Source of the DNA: Verrucomicrobiota bacterium
GTDB taxonomy: Bacteria; Verrucomicrobiota; Verrucomicrobiia; Limisphaerales; AAA164-E04
NCBI GenBank assembly: GCA_047947115.1
Contig: CP170459.1
Coordinates: 160,001-224,000 of the forward strand
Length of the DNA: 64,000 bases
Reading direction: 5' to 3'
Each line of letters starts with the position of its first letter. The first letter of the stretch is position 1. Made by a program: the position numbers and the translations under genes. The notes under the pieces were generated by a model. That model saw only the letters and a program-made list of their open reading frames with translations. It did no database searches and had not been told where the DNA came from. Positions 42,373-51,627 of the stretch are shown here, one piece after another.

Positions 42373-42966
42373 AGCCCACACTACATACTTTTTCCATGCC
42401 TCCAAATCATCCACATCCTCCAACTCCCTCAATTCCCGGAAAGTCATATTCGCAGCCTGAAGTCTTTGTCGGGTTATCCCAAGCACCTCAGGCGTGCTCC
42501 ATGGCATTTCTTGAAACAAAGTCGACTCCGGCCTACGCAAACCGATCGCCCAATACCCACCATCGGCAGCCGGCCCCACAACGGCATCTTGATTTCTCAA
42601 TATTTCAAGGGCCTGGTCGATGTCCGTTTTCCGGATATAGGGACAATCCGTCCCCACACAAAGCACCGCATCCACTTCTGTCAACGCATCCTGAACCGAC
42701 CGCTCCATTCGCTGGCCAAGATCCCCCGGTCCTTGTGGCATTAACATCCAATCTGGATGCTTTTTGAACGACTCAATCTCCAGAACCGCATCGTCCGGCG
42801 AAAAACGCAATTCCACCTGCGTGAATGAAACAAGCTGCTTGAGAAAGGTATCTGACAATTCCAGGTAAGCCTGACAAGCGCCTTCCGGACCAATGCTTGC
42901 AGCCAACCGGGTTTTCACCTCACCAGGCCTTGGTGCTTTCAAAAAGACAATGATCCGGAACGTCAT
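42367..42966 (-). CDS. DUF2064/TIGR04282-family glycosyltransferase-like protein
   Basis: KAPRPGEVKTRLA, DLGQRM, GTDCP, GPAADGGYW, DVDDLE. Confidence 0.9.
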   Translation of the reverse strand: MTFRIIVFLKAPRPGEVKTRLAASIGPEGACQAYLELSDTFLKQLVSFTQVELRFSPDDAVLEIESFKKHPDWMLMPQGPGDLGQRMERSVQDALTEVDAVLCVGTDCPYIRKTDIDQALEILRNQDAVVGPAADGGYWAIGLRRPESTLFQEMPWSTPEVLGITRQRLQAANMTFRELRELEDVDDLEAWKKYVVWAG

Positions 42967-42970
42967 ACAA

Positions 42971-43011
42971 TAAAAACCCGCGACCGTGGTTTTCTGACCA
43001 GGATCGCGGGT
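42971..43011 (-). terminator. probable intrinsic terminator after the DUF5069 gene
   Basis: ACCCGCGATCCTGGT...ACCACGGTCGCGGGT followed by TTTT on the minus strand. Confidence 0.6.
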
Positions 43012-43037
43012 ATGAAAGGTTTGGCAAGGGATCGGGA

Positions 43038-43484
43038 CTAGCCCTTCAATTCGGCTTGATAGAATTCCAACCAATCATCCAGATTGTTCAGGTTGACCGC
43101 GTCGTAAGGTCCGCTGCAGCTCTCTTCGATACCATTGGCTGACAAGATGCTTTTGCGCGTTTCGTCATCGTGAATGTATCCGTCGATCGCGGCGTTGATG
43201 GCCGTGATGGCTCCCTGATCCAACTTGGCGCCGGGTTGCTTTTTGATCCAGGCCTCCAATTGTGGGTAAGTGGGTTTTTCGCTCTTGATGAAACTCAAGG
43301 TGGCGTCCTTGTCCAGCCCAAGGGCATCCAACACCATCTGGTCATAACCCGCTCCACAGCCGGGATATCCGTCGGCCAGTTTTCCGGTGTTTTCAAGGGA
43401 TACCTTCTGCCAGAATCTTGGAAGGTGTTTGACTCCAAGCGGTCCTGCGACGCTGGAACTAATCGTTGGCACAATTTTGCTCAT
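43038..43484 (-). CDS. DUF5069-like protein
   Basis: GVKHLPRFWQK, YDQMVLDALGL, NNLDDW. Confidence 0.7.
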   Translation of the reverse strand: MSKIVPTISSSVAGPLGVKHLPRFWQKVSLENTGKLADGYPGCGAGYDQMVLDALGLDKDATLSFIKSEKPTYPQLEAWIKKQPGAKLDQGAITAINAAIDGYIHDDETRKSILSANGIEESCSGPYDAVNLNNLDDWLEFYQAELKG

Positions 43485-43704
43485 AACTGCTTTACTGTTG
43501 ATCGTTACAGGTTTGGTAAGTGGCCAAATCACTACCACCCCGTATGGCGACGGTCAACACGATTCTGATTCGCTCGAATCCAGCAAACATTTAACATACT
43601 CGGTATCAACTCGGCATTTCACACAACTAATACCTTGACGAATGAATGCATCCAGTCAATTTGTCGTCGGTACACGTATAACCGCAATCATCGGTATTTC
43701 TGAT

Positions 43705-44958
43705 ATGAAAAAGCATACACTAACTAGAAGCGGAGCCATGATCCTGCTGATGGCAGCCCTCCTCTCTCAACAAGCAGAGGCCGAATCCGATTGGCCACAA
43801 TGGCGTGGAATCAACCGGGACGGTCATTCCAGCGAAGAAGGATTACTCGACACTTGGCCCGAATCCGGTCCTGAGAAAATCTGGATCTTTGAAAACGCCG
43901 GAAAAGGATATTCCAGCCCGGCCATCGTAGACGGCAAGTATTACACATTGGGCACACGCGGCGACAGCAGTATCCTGCTCTGCCTCGACGCCAACACAGG
44001 CGAAGAACAATGGGCTTCTGAAATCGGAGGCATCCTCGGCAACGGCTGGGGAGACGGCCCTCGCGGTAATCCGGCGGTCGATGGTGAATTTGTTTACGGA
44101 TTGACGGGGGAAGGCATCGCGTTCGCAGCCTCCGTTAAGGACGGTTCCATCAAATGGAAAACATCCATGACGGACCTTGGCGGCAGTGCTCCCACCTGGG
44201 GGTTCAGTGAATCCGTATTGGTCGATGGCGACAAAGTCCTCGTCACTCCCGGCGGAAACAAAGGCACCGTGGCTGCGCTTAACAAGTCAACGGGAACAGT
44301 CATCTGGCAAAGCAAAGACATCACCGAGCCCGCTCACTACTCCTCGGTGGTTGCTGCGGAAATCAACGGCAGCAAGCAATACATCCAGCGCAATGAAAAA
44401 TCCATCTTTGGTCTGAATCCGGAAAACGGAGCCTTGCTTTGGCATGACAATGATTTCCCCGGACGCACTGCAGTGATTCCCACGCCGGTGGTTTTTGGTA
44501 ATCGAATCTTTGTCACCGCAGGCTACGGCGCAGGATGCAAAGCCATCGAAATCGAGCCCGGCAACAAAGTTAAGGAAATTTACTCAAACCGCACGATGAA
44601 AAACCACCATGGCGGTGTCGTCCGTTTGGGTGGTCATGTATTTGGTTACTCGGACGGAGTGGGTTGGTTGTGCCAGAACCTGGCCGACGGCGAGGAAGTC
44701 TGGTCCGAACGCCGCGCTTTGGGCAAAGGTGCCGTCGCATTGGCCGACGGCAAACTCTTCTGCGTGGATGAAGCCAAGGGAACCGTTGCCATGCTGGCCG
44801 CCTCAACCGAGGGATTCAAGCAACTCGGATCATTCACCCTGGATCCACAGTCCGACATACGATCTTCACGAGGCAAAATCTGGACACACCCGGTGATTGT
44901 AAACGGCAAGTTGTATCTTCGAGATCAAAACCTCATCTACTGCTACAAGGTCAAATAA
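43705..44958 (+). CDS. PQQ-like (BamB-type) beta-propeller protein
   Basis: DWPQWRGINRDG, YSSPAI, WTHPVIVNGKLYLRD. Confidence 0.9.
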   Translation: MKKHTLTRSGAMILLMAALLSQQAEAESDWPQWRGINRDGHSSEEGLLDTWPESGPEKIWIFENAGKGYSSPAIVDGKYYTLGTRGDSSILLCLDANTGEEQWASEIGGILGNGWGDGPRGNPAVDGEFVYGLTGEGIAFAASVKDGSIKWKTSMTDLGGSAPTWGFSESVLVDGDKVLVTPGGNKGTVAALNKSTGTVIWQSKDITEPAHYSSVVAAEINGSKQYIQRNEKSIFGLNPENGALLWHDNDFPGRTAVIPTPVVFGNRIFVTAGYGAGCKAIEIEPGNKVKEIYSNRTMKNHHGGVVRLGGHVFGYSDGVGWLCQNLADGEEVWSERRALGKGAVALADGKLFCVDEAKGTVAMLAASTEGFKQLGSFTLDPQSDIRSSRGKIWTHPVIVNGKLYLRDQNLIYCYKVK

Positions 44959-44982
44959 GACCGGAACATCCCTTTGAATGCG

Positions 44983-45014
44983 AAAACGGCGGAACTTGTT
45001 TCCGCCGTTTTTTC
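44983..45014 (+). terminator. intrinsic terminator
   Basis: AAAACGGCGGAA-cttgt-TTCCGCCGTTTTTT. Confidence 0.85.
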
Positions 45015-45030
45015 TTAACATCACTTCAAA

Positions 45031-45633
45031 ATGACAACTGATGGCATGGAACAATGGATCCCGTTTTCCTGGGTTTATTGGCTATGCTTTATTTGTGCAT
45101 CCACCATCAGGGCGCTCCATCGACGTCGGTTTCATCAACCACTTCCAAAACTCGACCCAAAAGAGTTGCCCGGCATGCTGCTCAGTTTTCTGGGCATGAC
45201 CGTCTTTCCGTTGATTTATACGCTGACCGATTGGCTCGCCTTCGCGGATTACAAAGGAACACTGGCGATGGTAGTGTCAGGAACACTCGGCATGATCCTG
45301 TCCGTCGCCATCATCTCCAAATCACACCGGGATCTGGGCGCACAATGGACACATACCCCAAGGCAGGTCGATCATCCTGAACTGGTCGTTCACGGGATAT
45401 ACACCACCATCCGCCACCCCATGTATGCCGCACACTTTCTCTGGGGCATTTCTCAAGCGCTGCTTCTATGGAACGTCCTTGCGGGATTTGGGTTTCTGAT
45501 TGGATTCCTCGTATTTCTCCCTCTCCGACTGAGTCTGGAGGAATCGAATCTCAAACAAACATTCGGTGAAGCATACACCGAATATGCAGCAAAAACACCG
45601 CGGTTTATCCCGAGAGGAAAGCGATCAAACTGA
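45031..45633 (+). CDS. isoprenylcysteine carboxyl methyltransferase (ICMT/PEMT) family membrane protein
   Basis: GIYTTIRHPMY, EESNLKQTFGEAYTEY. Confidence 0.85.
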   Translation: MTTDGMEQWIPFSWVYWLCFICASTIRALHRRRFHQPLPKLDPKELPGMLLSFLGMTVFPLIYTLTDWLAFADYKGTLAMVVSGTLGMILSVAIISKSHRDLGAQWTHTPRQVDHPELVVHGIYTTIRHPMYAAHFLWGISQALLLWNVLAGFGFLIGFLVFLPLRLSLEESNLKQTFGEAYTEYAAKTPRFIPRGKRSN

Positions 45634-46992
45634 TCACTTCAACTTTTCAATGGACGCCCGAACCAAAGCAGCCGGCAGGGCAAAAGTCGTCACCCGGTTG
45701 TAACGCGCTATATTCACCCCCACCACCTTCCCCTCCAAATCCATCAGCGGCCCACCCATGGCTTTGGGCGGAATGGGAATTTCATGTTGAATCACTTCCT
45801 GGTAACCGGTTCTTCGCTCGGAAATATCTCCGCTCAATTCAATATTCACATCCTGCTCGGGAAAGGCAGTGTCAAAATACCCAAGAGTGACCGTCTTGAC
45901 CAATTCCTGCTCGCCCCGATGAATTTTCAAATTTAATTTTTCGCCCGGACCGTGTTGCCGGACGATTTGAATAATATCCGAAGATGTCATCACGCTGATT
46001 CCATTCACCGAAACCACCACATCCTCAGGCAACACTCCGGCCTTTTCAGCACCGGAATCAGGCCTGACCCCGGTAATGAGCCCTCCCTTCAACCGGGGAA
46101 TAATGAGTTCTGGAAATGCATCCTCAAGCACCATGAGATTCAGTACACTTCGATACTGAAATCGATCTCCTCCCTCCAAGGATGCTTCTTTTGCCATCAA
46201 CCTTTCCGTTGGCTCACTCAATTGCACTCCCTCCAAAAGTTCCCCGTTAAATAACGATCTGCGAAACATGGTTCGATTCAATAAGTCAAGGATACGCTCC
46301 CCCGGGGAATCCTGATTTTCCTCTGCAGCCTGACCTGGATCCAAATCATCAGGCGACATGAATTCAGCAAGGAATTGGTCAAGGGGTCTTTTCTTTTGTT
46401 CAACCAATATCCTGAATTCGTTGAAATCCTTGAAAGAATTCAGGCTCAAAAAATCCGCCGCATTCATCAACTGAACCCCGAGGGCTCCCGGCTTTTTGGG
46501 GATGGCTCTTTGAACGGCGCTGACCACCCCAACGCGCACCTGGGTTTCATCTTCATGCGGTGAAATCATCCATTGCCCCATGGAGGGTGTTGCATCGCCG
46601 GACCACTGAACAGCCTGCATTCCATCCGCCTTGATTTTCAACAATGCCAGATCGTTGTCGCGATCGACGCTGATGAATTCTGGAACATACAACTTGTTCT
46701 TTGCATCCCGCACCTCGAGGGCCATGCCGAACTCGCTGGCTTTGGTCACGATATAACCGTCCTCGGAAACCACCGTCCCGAGAGCGATCTGGTGTCCATC
46801 CTCCAGGATTTCAACCACCGAATCGCGGTGTTTCTCATAAAGGGGCTCGAACACCGAACGTGTATTCCAGCCATTGACCCTTTCCGAACGATCCAGGTAA
46901 CCGGTATCCGCAGCATTACCGGACGATGGAACGCTCAAAAACAGAGCGATGAAGAACGCCTTTAAAATGAAGGATTTTGTTGTAGAAAACAT
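45634..46992 (-). CDS. catalytically dead trypsin-like/PDZ protein
   Basis: TKASE in place of TAAH, AMGGPL in place of GDSGGPL; PDZ inserted within the protease fold. Confidence 0.8.
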   Translation of the reverse strand: MFSTTKSFILKAFFIALFLSVPSSGNAADTGYLDRSERVNGWNTRSVFEPLYEKHRDSVVEILEDGHQIALGTVVSEDGYIVTKASEFGMALEVRDAKNKLYVPEFISVDRDNDLALLKIKADGMQAVQWSGDATPSMGQWMISPHEDETQVRVGVVSAVQRAIPKKPGALGVQLMNAADFLSLNSFKDFNEFRILVEQKKRPLDQFLAEFMSPDDLDPGQAAEENQDSPGERILDLLNRTMFRRSLFNGELLEGVQLSEPTERLMAKEASLEGGDRFQYRSVLNLMVLEDAFPELIIPRLKGGLITGVRPDSGAEKAGVLPEDVVVSVNGISVMTSSDIIQIVRQHGPGEKLNLKIHRGEQELVKTVTLGYFDTAFPEQDVNIELSGDISERRTGYQEVIQHEIPIPPKAMGGPLMDLEGKVVGVNIARYNRVTTFALPAALVRASIEKLK

Positions 46993-47028
46993 GACAAGGA
47001 ATAAAGAGTCTCAAGCTGAACGAAACCA

Positions 47029-47997
47029 TCAAAACCCACGACCGCGCCAGCGGCCACGACGGGGAGCCTTTCCGAGTTCCACTGTCAATTCACTGGTGGA
47101 TTCACCCCGCAGATACTGAATTTTTACGGAAGCTCCGGCAATGTTCTTGCCAATGGCCCAACGGTAATCCGCTGAATCGTCTATGGAATATCCATCGACT
47201 GAAAGAATGACATCGTCGACCAAAATGCCGGCATCCACCGCAACGGTGTTCTCACGCACCCGGGTGACCACCACCCCTTGATCGTGAGTTTCCACATCCA
47301 CCCCCAGGTCACCGCGTTCCGATCTGTCGCGGGTATTGGGAAGGTCTTCACCCGCCAGCAAGGGATCCCACATCTTGTGGAATGCATCGATGGGTGCATG
47401 ATAATTATCATCCAGGGGATCCCCGATACGACTGTTGATGCCGATCACCTCACCGTTAATATTGAACAACGGCCCCCCCGAATCACCTCTAAGCAGTTCA
47501 CAGTCGGTCCGAATCGTGTCGCTTCTGGCGTAGATAACTTTTCCCACCCTCAGCACGGCACCTCGATCTTTATCAAATCCCCCGGGATGCCCCAGAGCAA
47601 AACACCAGTCACCGGCATTCACCGATTTACGGGAACCCAGGGGACTGAACGGCCAGGGGCCCTCTCCTTCCAACTGGACCATTCCGGCATCGGCATGATC
47701 AAATCGCCCGAGCGTCCGCGCCCTCACACGTTTCCCGTCAGGCATGACGCAGGAAATGCGCCGTCCGGGTTCCCCGCTGACATGGGCAGCCGTCAACACC
47801 AGACCGTTCTCGGAAACAATGACACCGGTTCCGCCGGAACCCACCCCGATCGTGGAATCCAATGCCTGGGGCAATACCGATTGCACCTTTCGCTGTGTTT
47901 CCAGAAAATCCTCCACCGAGGGCTCACCGGCACCACAAACCAAAGCATGCACCCACAAGGAGCTCACCAAGATGAGACGAACGAACGATCTACTCAT
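47029..47997 (-). CDS. S1C (HtrA-like) serine protease with PDZ
   Basis: LTAAHV, DAG, GDSGGPL, C-terminal PDZ. Confidence 0.92.
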   Translation of the reverse strand: MSRSFVRLILVSSLWVHALVCGAGEPSVEDFLETQRKVQSVLPQALDSTIGVGSGGTGVIVSENGLVLTAAHVSGEPGRRISCVMPDGKRVRARTLGRFDHADAGMVQLEGEGPWPFSPLGSRKSVNAGDWCFALGHPGGFDKDRGAVLRVGKVIYARSDTIRTDCELLRGDSGGPLFNINGEVIGINSRIGDPLDDNYHAPIDAFHKMWDPLLAGEDLPNTRDRSERGDLGVDVETHDQGVVVTRVRENTVAVDAGILVDDVILSVDGYSIDDSADYRWAIGKNIAGASVKIQYLRGESTSELTVELGKAPRRGRWRGRGF

Positions 47998-48121
47998 AAC
48001 TTTGAATTTATTAAAGAGTTACGGCCATCACTGACTCAACCGCAATCAAACCCGGAGTCCGTTAAGACTTCTTATAAAGACTCAATGGAACAAGGGAAGT
48101 TACAGCTTTTTTACCGGCCGT

Positions 48122-49126
48122 CTATTCTTCCAGCAACCATGCCCCTCCATTGGCGCGAATCAAGTCGGGAATATTCACCGAGCACCCACCGTTGGCCTTG
48201 CTGACATCAGCAGCCTGCATGAAAGCGAACAATTCAACAGTTTCCCTGGCAGATACAGGAGCTGTGCCTGTCTGAAAAAATTGAATGATTTCTTTCACCA
48301 ACGGCACATAACTGCCACCTCCCTGTTGATCCTGGATCCCTTTGGAGCCGAAGAGGGTCACCTTGTAGGCCGAATGTCCGGTGCGCAAGCCGTAGACGAT
48401 GCCCGTCTTTCCGTCATCCCACAGCCCGGAAACAATGTCCGTCTCGGGACTGAATGTGCGGGAAACGGAGAGACAACCGGTTCCCATCACGGCAAACAAT
48501 GCCTCGGTCGGGTGAACACCGTACCAAAACAAATCCGGATGATGTGGCTCGAGACTGCAGGGACCATAGGAGATCGCCCCCTTCAGATCCCCAATGTGCT
48601 TGGCCTTTAATTCCACCAAACTGGGATAATACCGAAGCGAGGAAGACGAAAAACAGGGAACCCCCGCTTGACGCGCGAGGGAGAAGATTTCAATCACATC
48701 CTTCAGTGATCCCGCCATCGGTTTGTCTATAAACAAAGGCAACCCGGCGGCGATCACAGGTTTAGCCTGTTCGAGATGAGGCCGTCCATCCACACTTTCA
48801 AGCAAAACCGCGTCCACCTTCGTGCAAAGCATCTCGATGGAATCAACGATCTCAACGCCGAATTCGGTGTTCAATTGCTCGGTGAATTTGTCGACACGGG
48901 TGTAACTGGATTCAACATCATCACTCCCCCCCTTGAAAGCAGCAACCACCTTGCCCCCGGGAATATGATCCGAACGGGAAGCATCATTCAGAATACGCGT
49001 GAAGGCGACGACGTGAGACGTATCAAGTCCAATCATCCCCAAACGCAATGGCTTGGCCTTTTCCTGTGCATGGGCGCTCAAACACACCAACATGCAGCCC
49101 AACAAAAGTGATATCGACTGTTTCAT
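48122..49126 (-). CDS. secreted Gfo/Idh/MocA-family oxidoreductase
   Basis: GMIGLDTSH, FIDKPMA, WYGVH. Confidence 0.85.
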   Translation of the reverse strand: MKQSISLLLGCMLVCLSAHAQEKAKPLRLGMIGLDTSHVVAFTRILNDASRSDHIPGGKVVAAFKGGSDDVESSYTRVDKFTEQLNTEFGVEIVDSIEMLCTKVDAVLLESVDGRPHLEQAKPVIAAGLPLFIDKPMAGSLKDVIEIFSLARQAGVPCFSSSSLRYYPSLVELKAKHIGDLKGAISYGPCSLEPHHPDLFWYGVHPTEALFAVMGTGCLSVSRTFSPETDIVSGLWDDGKTGIVYGLRTGHSAYKVTLFGSKGIQDQQGGGSYVPLVKEIIQFFQTGTAPVSARETVELFAFMQAADVSKANGGCSVNIPDLIRANGGAWLLEE

Positions 49127-49199
49127 GGATTGCCGAAACCATACCGGCCTTTACCAAAAAAATCAATTTAGGAAAACGAATACCTGAGGCTCACCCCGG

Positions 49200-49395
49200 G
49201 TAGAGACGTGCCGTCCCTGGCGTGTGTGAAATCCATTCAACTTCCGTTTCGGGAAGTCCGCTGTTATCTCCGGCCTGTCTTCTTGATCAACACGCTAAAA
49301 AGGTGCTGCGATTCGAATAAGTCAGGACTCTCCTTCAGATGGCGTTTTTGAATACGAATGCCACAAGGCACGGATCGGGAGGATCAGCTCTACCC
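49200..49395. repeat. dispersed REP-doublet family, copy E
   Basis: GTAGAGACGTGCCGTCCCTGGCG...CGTTTCGGGAAG...GATCAGCTCTAC. Confidence 0.8.
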
Positions 49396-49401
49396 GCCCC
49401 C

Positions 49402-50937
49402 CTATTTTCCTATCGAATAAAGATGTGATTGCGTCCCGACATAGACGGCTCCATTGGCCACCACGGGAGTCGAATAAATCGGAGAACCGAAGTAAACCTC
49501 GTGCAGCAGTTTCTTTTCTCTGGAGGCTTCCAGCACCACAACATCACCATCTTCATCCCCGACATAAACCTTGCCGTCAGCCACCAGGGTGGACCCCCAC
49601 ACATGCGCCTTCATGTCATAGATCCAATGTTCTTCACCTGTGTCGGCATCCAAACAATATACAAAACCAGAAAAATCGGAGACAAACAGCAATCCGGTAT
49701 CCGGATCAATGGAAACGGTGGAAAGGGTGCGATTGATTTTGTCGTAGGTCCAAATCGCGCCGTCCTTGGTAATATCCCCCTTTTTGGTAGCGTCAATGCA
49801 TGCAAGATAGCCGACACCTTCACCATGCTCAGGATCTTGTCCAATTCCGATGTAAACGCGGTTTTTGTAATAAACCGGAGTGGCAATGCACTCGCTCGGA
49901 CCCTCTGCGTCCGGATATTCGATGGCTTCACCGTCTCTGGTCTTGTATTTGGCAGGAACACAATCGAATTTCCAAATCTCTTCCAAAACGGAAGTGTCCC
50001 CCTTTTTCACCGGCTCAGGATGGTAGGCATAACAGACGCCATCTCCACCGCCGAACAGAACCATCCTGGATCCGTTGACATCCCCGAATCCGGGTGAGGA
50101 CCAGTTGCAATGAAACATGCGCTCACTGATGCCGGATGATTCCTCGCCAAGATATTTGCCGGTCGCTTTATCCAGCACGACCAGACAAGGTGATTCGGGA
50201 TACGGCACGCTTTCATGCAAATAATCCTGACCATTTGAAGTACTGGCATAGACCTTGTCCCCGACGACGAGAACCGAACTACTGGTCATGTTGTGTGGAA
50301 AGATGCCCAACTCTTCACGCATGTTATAAACCCATAAAATGTCCGCATCCGTTTCACCAGGAGTGATGGGGGGATTGTCCGGACCGGCCATGTATTGCCC
50401 TTCATCCTGGTAACCGTCGTTTCCATTGGCCATACCCTTGGCATCCAGACAGACCACTTCACACCGATTGGACACCACATAAACCCGGTCCCCATCAACG
50501 GTCGGGGAAGAACAAATGCCGATATATTCCCAGTCACTGACCTGGCCGGCACTCAATTTAGGCACCACCAATTGCCACAGGAACTTGCCCGTTTTTTCGT
50601 CCAGACACATCACGATCCCGCGATCCCCCTTGTGTTTGGGATCACGAGGTGAGTCGTTGTTCGTGCCAACATAAACGCGCCCGTTTGCCACTGTGACATT
50701 ACCGTAGGATTGAGACCCGAGCTTGGTTGCCCAGCGCACATTCCTGGTGGTTGCCATGTCGATTTCCTCGGTGCCCGACTTGTAGTCCCCGGCTTCAAAC
50801 TCATGCACGAGCCCTTTCTCGGGACTATAAAAATTTTTGGTCGGCGTGCGTCCCCACTGGCCCCAGTCACCTCCTCGAAGGATTCCGGAAGTGCCAACAA
50901 GCAGGACGGCGGTCCATGTGATCTTGGATAAATTCAT
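49402..50937 (-). CDS. PQQ-like beta-propeller protein
   Basis: DWGQWGR, SSPTVDGDRVY, STPVVANGAVYV. Confidence 0.88.
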   Translation of the reverse strand: MNLSKITWTAVLLVGTSGILRGGDWGQWGRTPTKNFYSPEKGLVHEFEAGDYKSGTEEIDMATTRNVRWATKLGSQSYGNVTVANGRVYVGTNNDSPRDPKHKGDRGIVMCLDEKTGKFLWQLVVPKLSAGQVSDWEYIGICSSPTVDGDRVYVVSNRCEVVCLDAKGMANGNDGYQDEGQYMAGPDNPPITPGETDADILWVYNMREELGIFPHNMTSSSVLVVGDKVYASTSNGQDYLHESVPYPESPCLVVLDKATGKYLGEESSGISERMFHCNWSSPGFGDVNGSRMVLFGGGDGVCYAYHPEPVKKGDTSVLEEIWKFDCVPAKYKTRDGEAIEYPDAEGPSECIATPVYYKNRVYIGIGQDPEHGEGVGYLACIDATKKGDITKDGAIWTYDKINRTLSTVSIDPDTGLLFVSDFSGFVYCLDADTGEEHWIYDMKAHVWGSTLVADGKVYVGDEDGDVVVLEASREKKLLHEVYFGSPIYSTPVVANGAVYVGTQSHLYSIGK

Positions 50938-51165
50938 AAGCTAGTGATGCGTTTACTCTATATAGGACTATGTTGATCGGACAAGATTCAAATCCACTCC
51001 GTCAACAGTGTGATCTCCGTAAAACACGACGGCAGAAACATGTGACGGCACTCACCCTGCAAAAATTCGGGCAAAATATGAATGTGTCAACAACGCGAAT
51101 GACTTGCCCAAGAACAGAAAAATGGCGATGCTGGACCAACAGACGCGAAAAACAACACGCATGTA

Positions 51166-51555
51166 ATGACCGAGACGAACCAACGCGTAAGAATCGACAA
51201 ATGGCTGTGGGCGGCGCGAATCTACAAAACACGCAGCCTCGCCATGCAGGCCTGCAAAGCCGGACATGTCAAAGTGGACGGCCACAATGTCAAGCCATCC
51301 AGATTTGTGCAGATAGGGGACGACATCCAGGCGCGCAACGGAACCGTTTTACGCAAAGTGAAGGTGACCGGACTCCTTGAACAACGTGTCAGCGCCAAAG
51401 AGGCCGCGCAATTTGTGGAAGACCTGGCCCCACCTGAAGATCTCCGCCCCAAATCCTCCGCGCCCATCCCCCAGCCAGTGATCCTCTACAAACGAGGCGC
51501 CGGCCGCCCCACCAAGCGCGATCGCAGGAAAATGGAGGAGCTCGACTGGGGCTAA
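51166..51555 (+). CDS. hslR: ribosome-associated heat shock protein Hsp15 (S4 domain)
   Basis: VRIDKWLWAARIYKTRSLA, GRPTKRDRR. Confidence 0.93.
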   Translation: MTETNQRVRIDKWLWAARIYKTRSLAMQACKAGHVKVDGHNVKPSRFVQIGDDIQARNGTVLRKVKVTGLLEQRVSAKEAAQFVEDLAPPEDLRPKSSAPIPQPVILYKRGAGRPTKRDRRKMEELDWG

Positions 51556-51627
51556 TCCACCGCCGGTTTGAATGGTGAATTTAAAATAGTGAACTGGGTG
51601 GTGCGGTGAATCGATACCCTTTACCCG

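Noticed and set aside
42367..42966. Arsenosugar or selenoneine biosynthesis cluster
   Set aside because: The partner radical SAM, glycosyltransferase and selenium genes are not adjacent.
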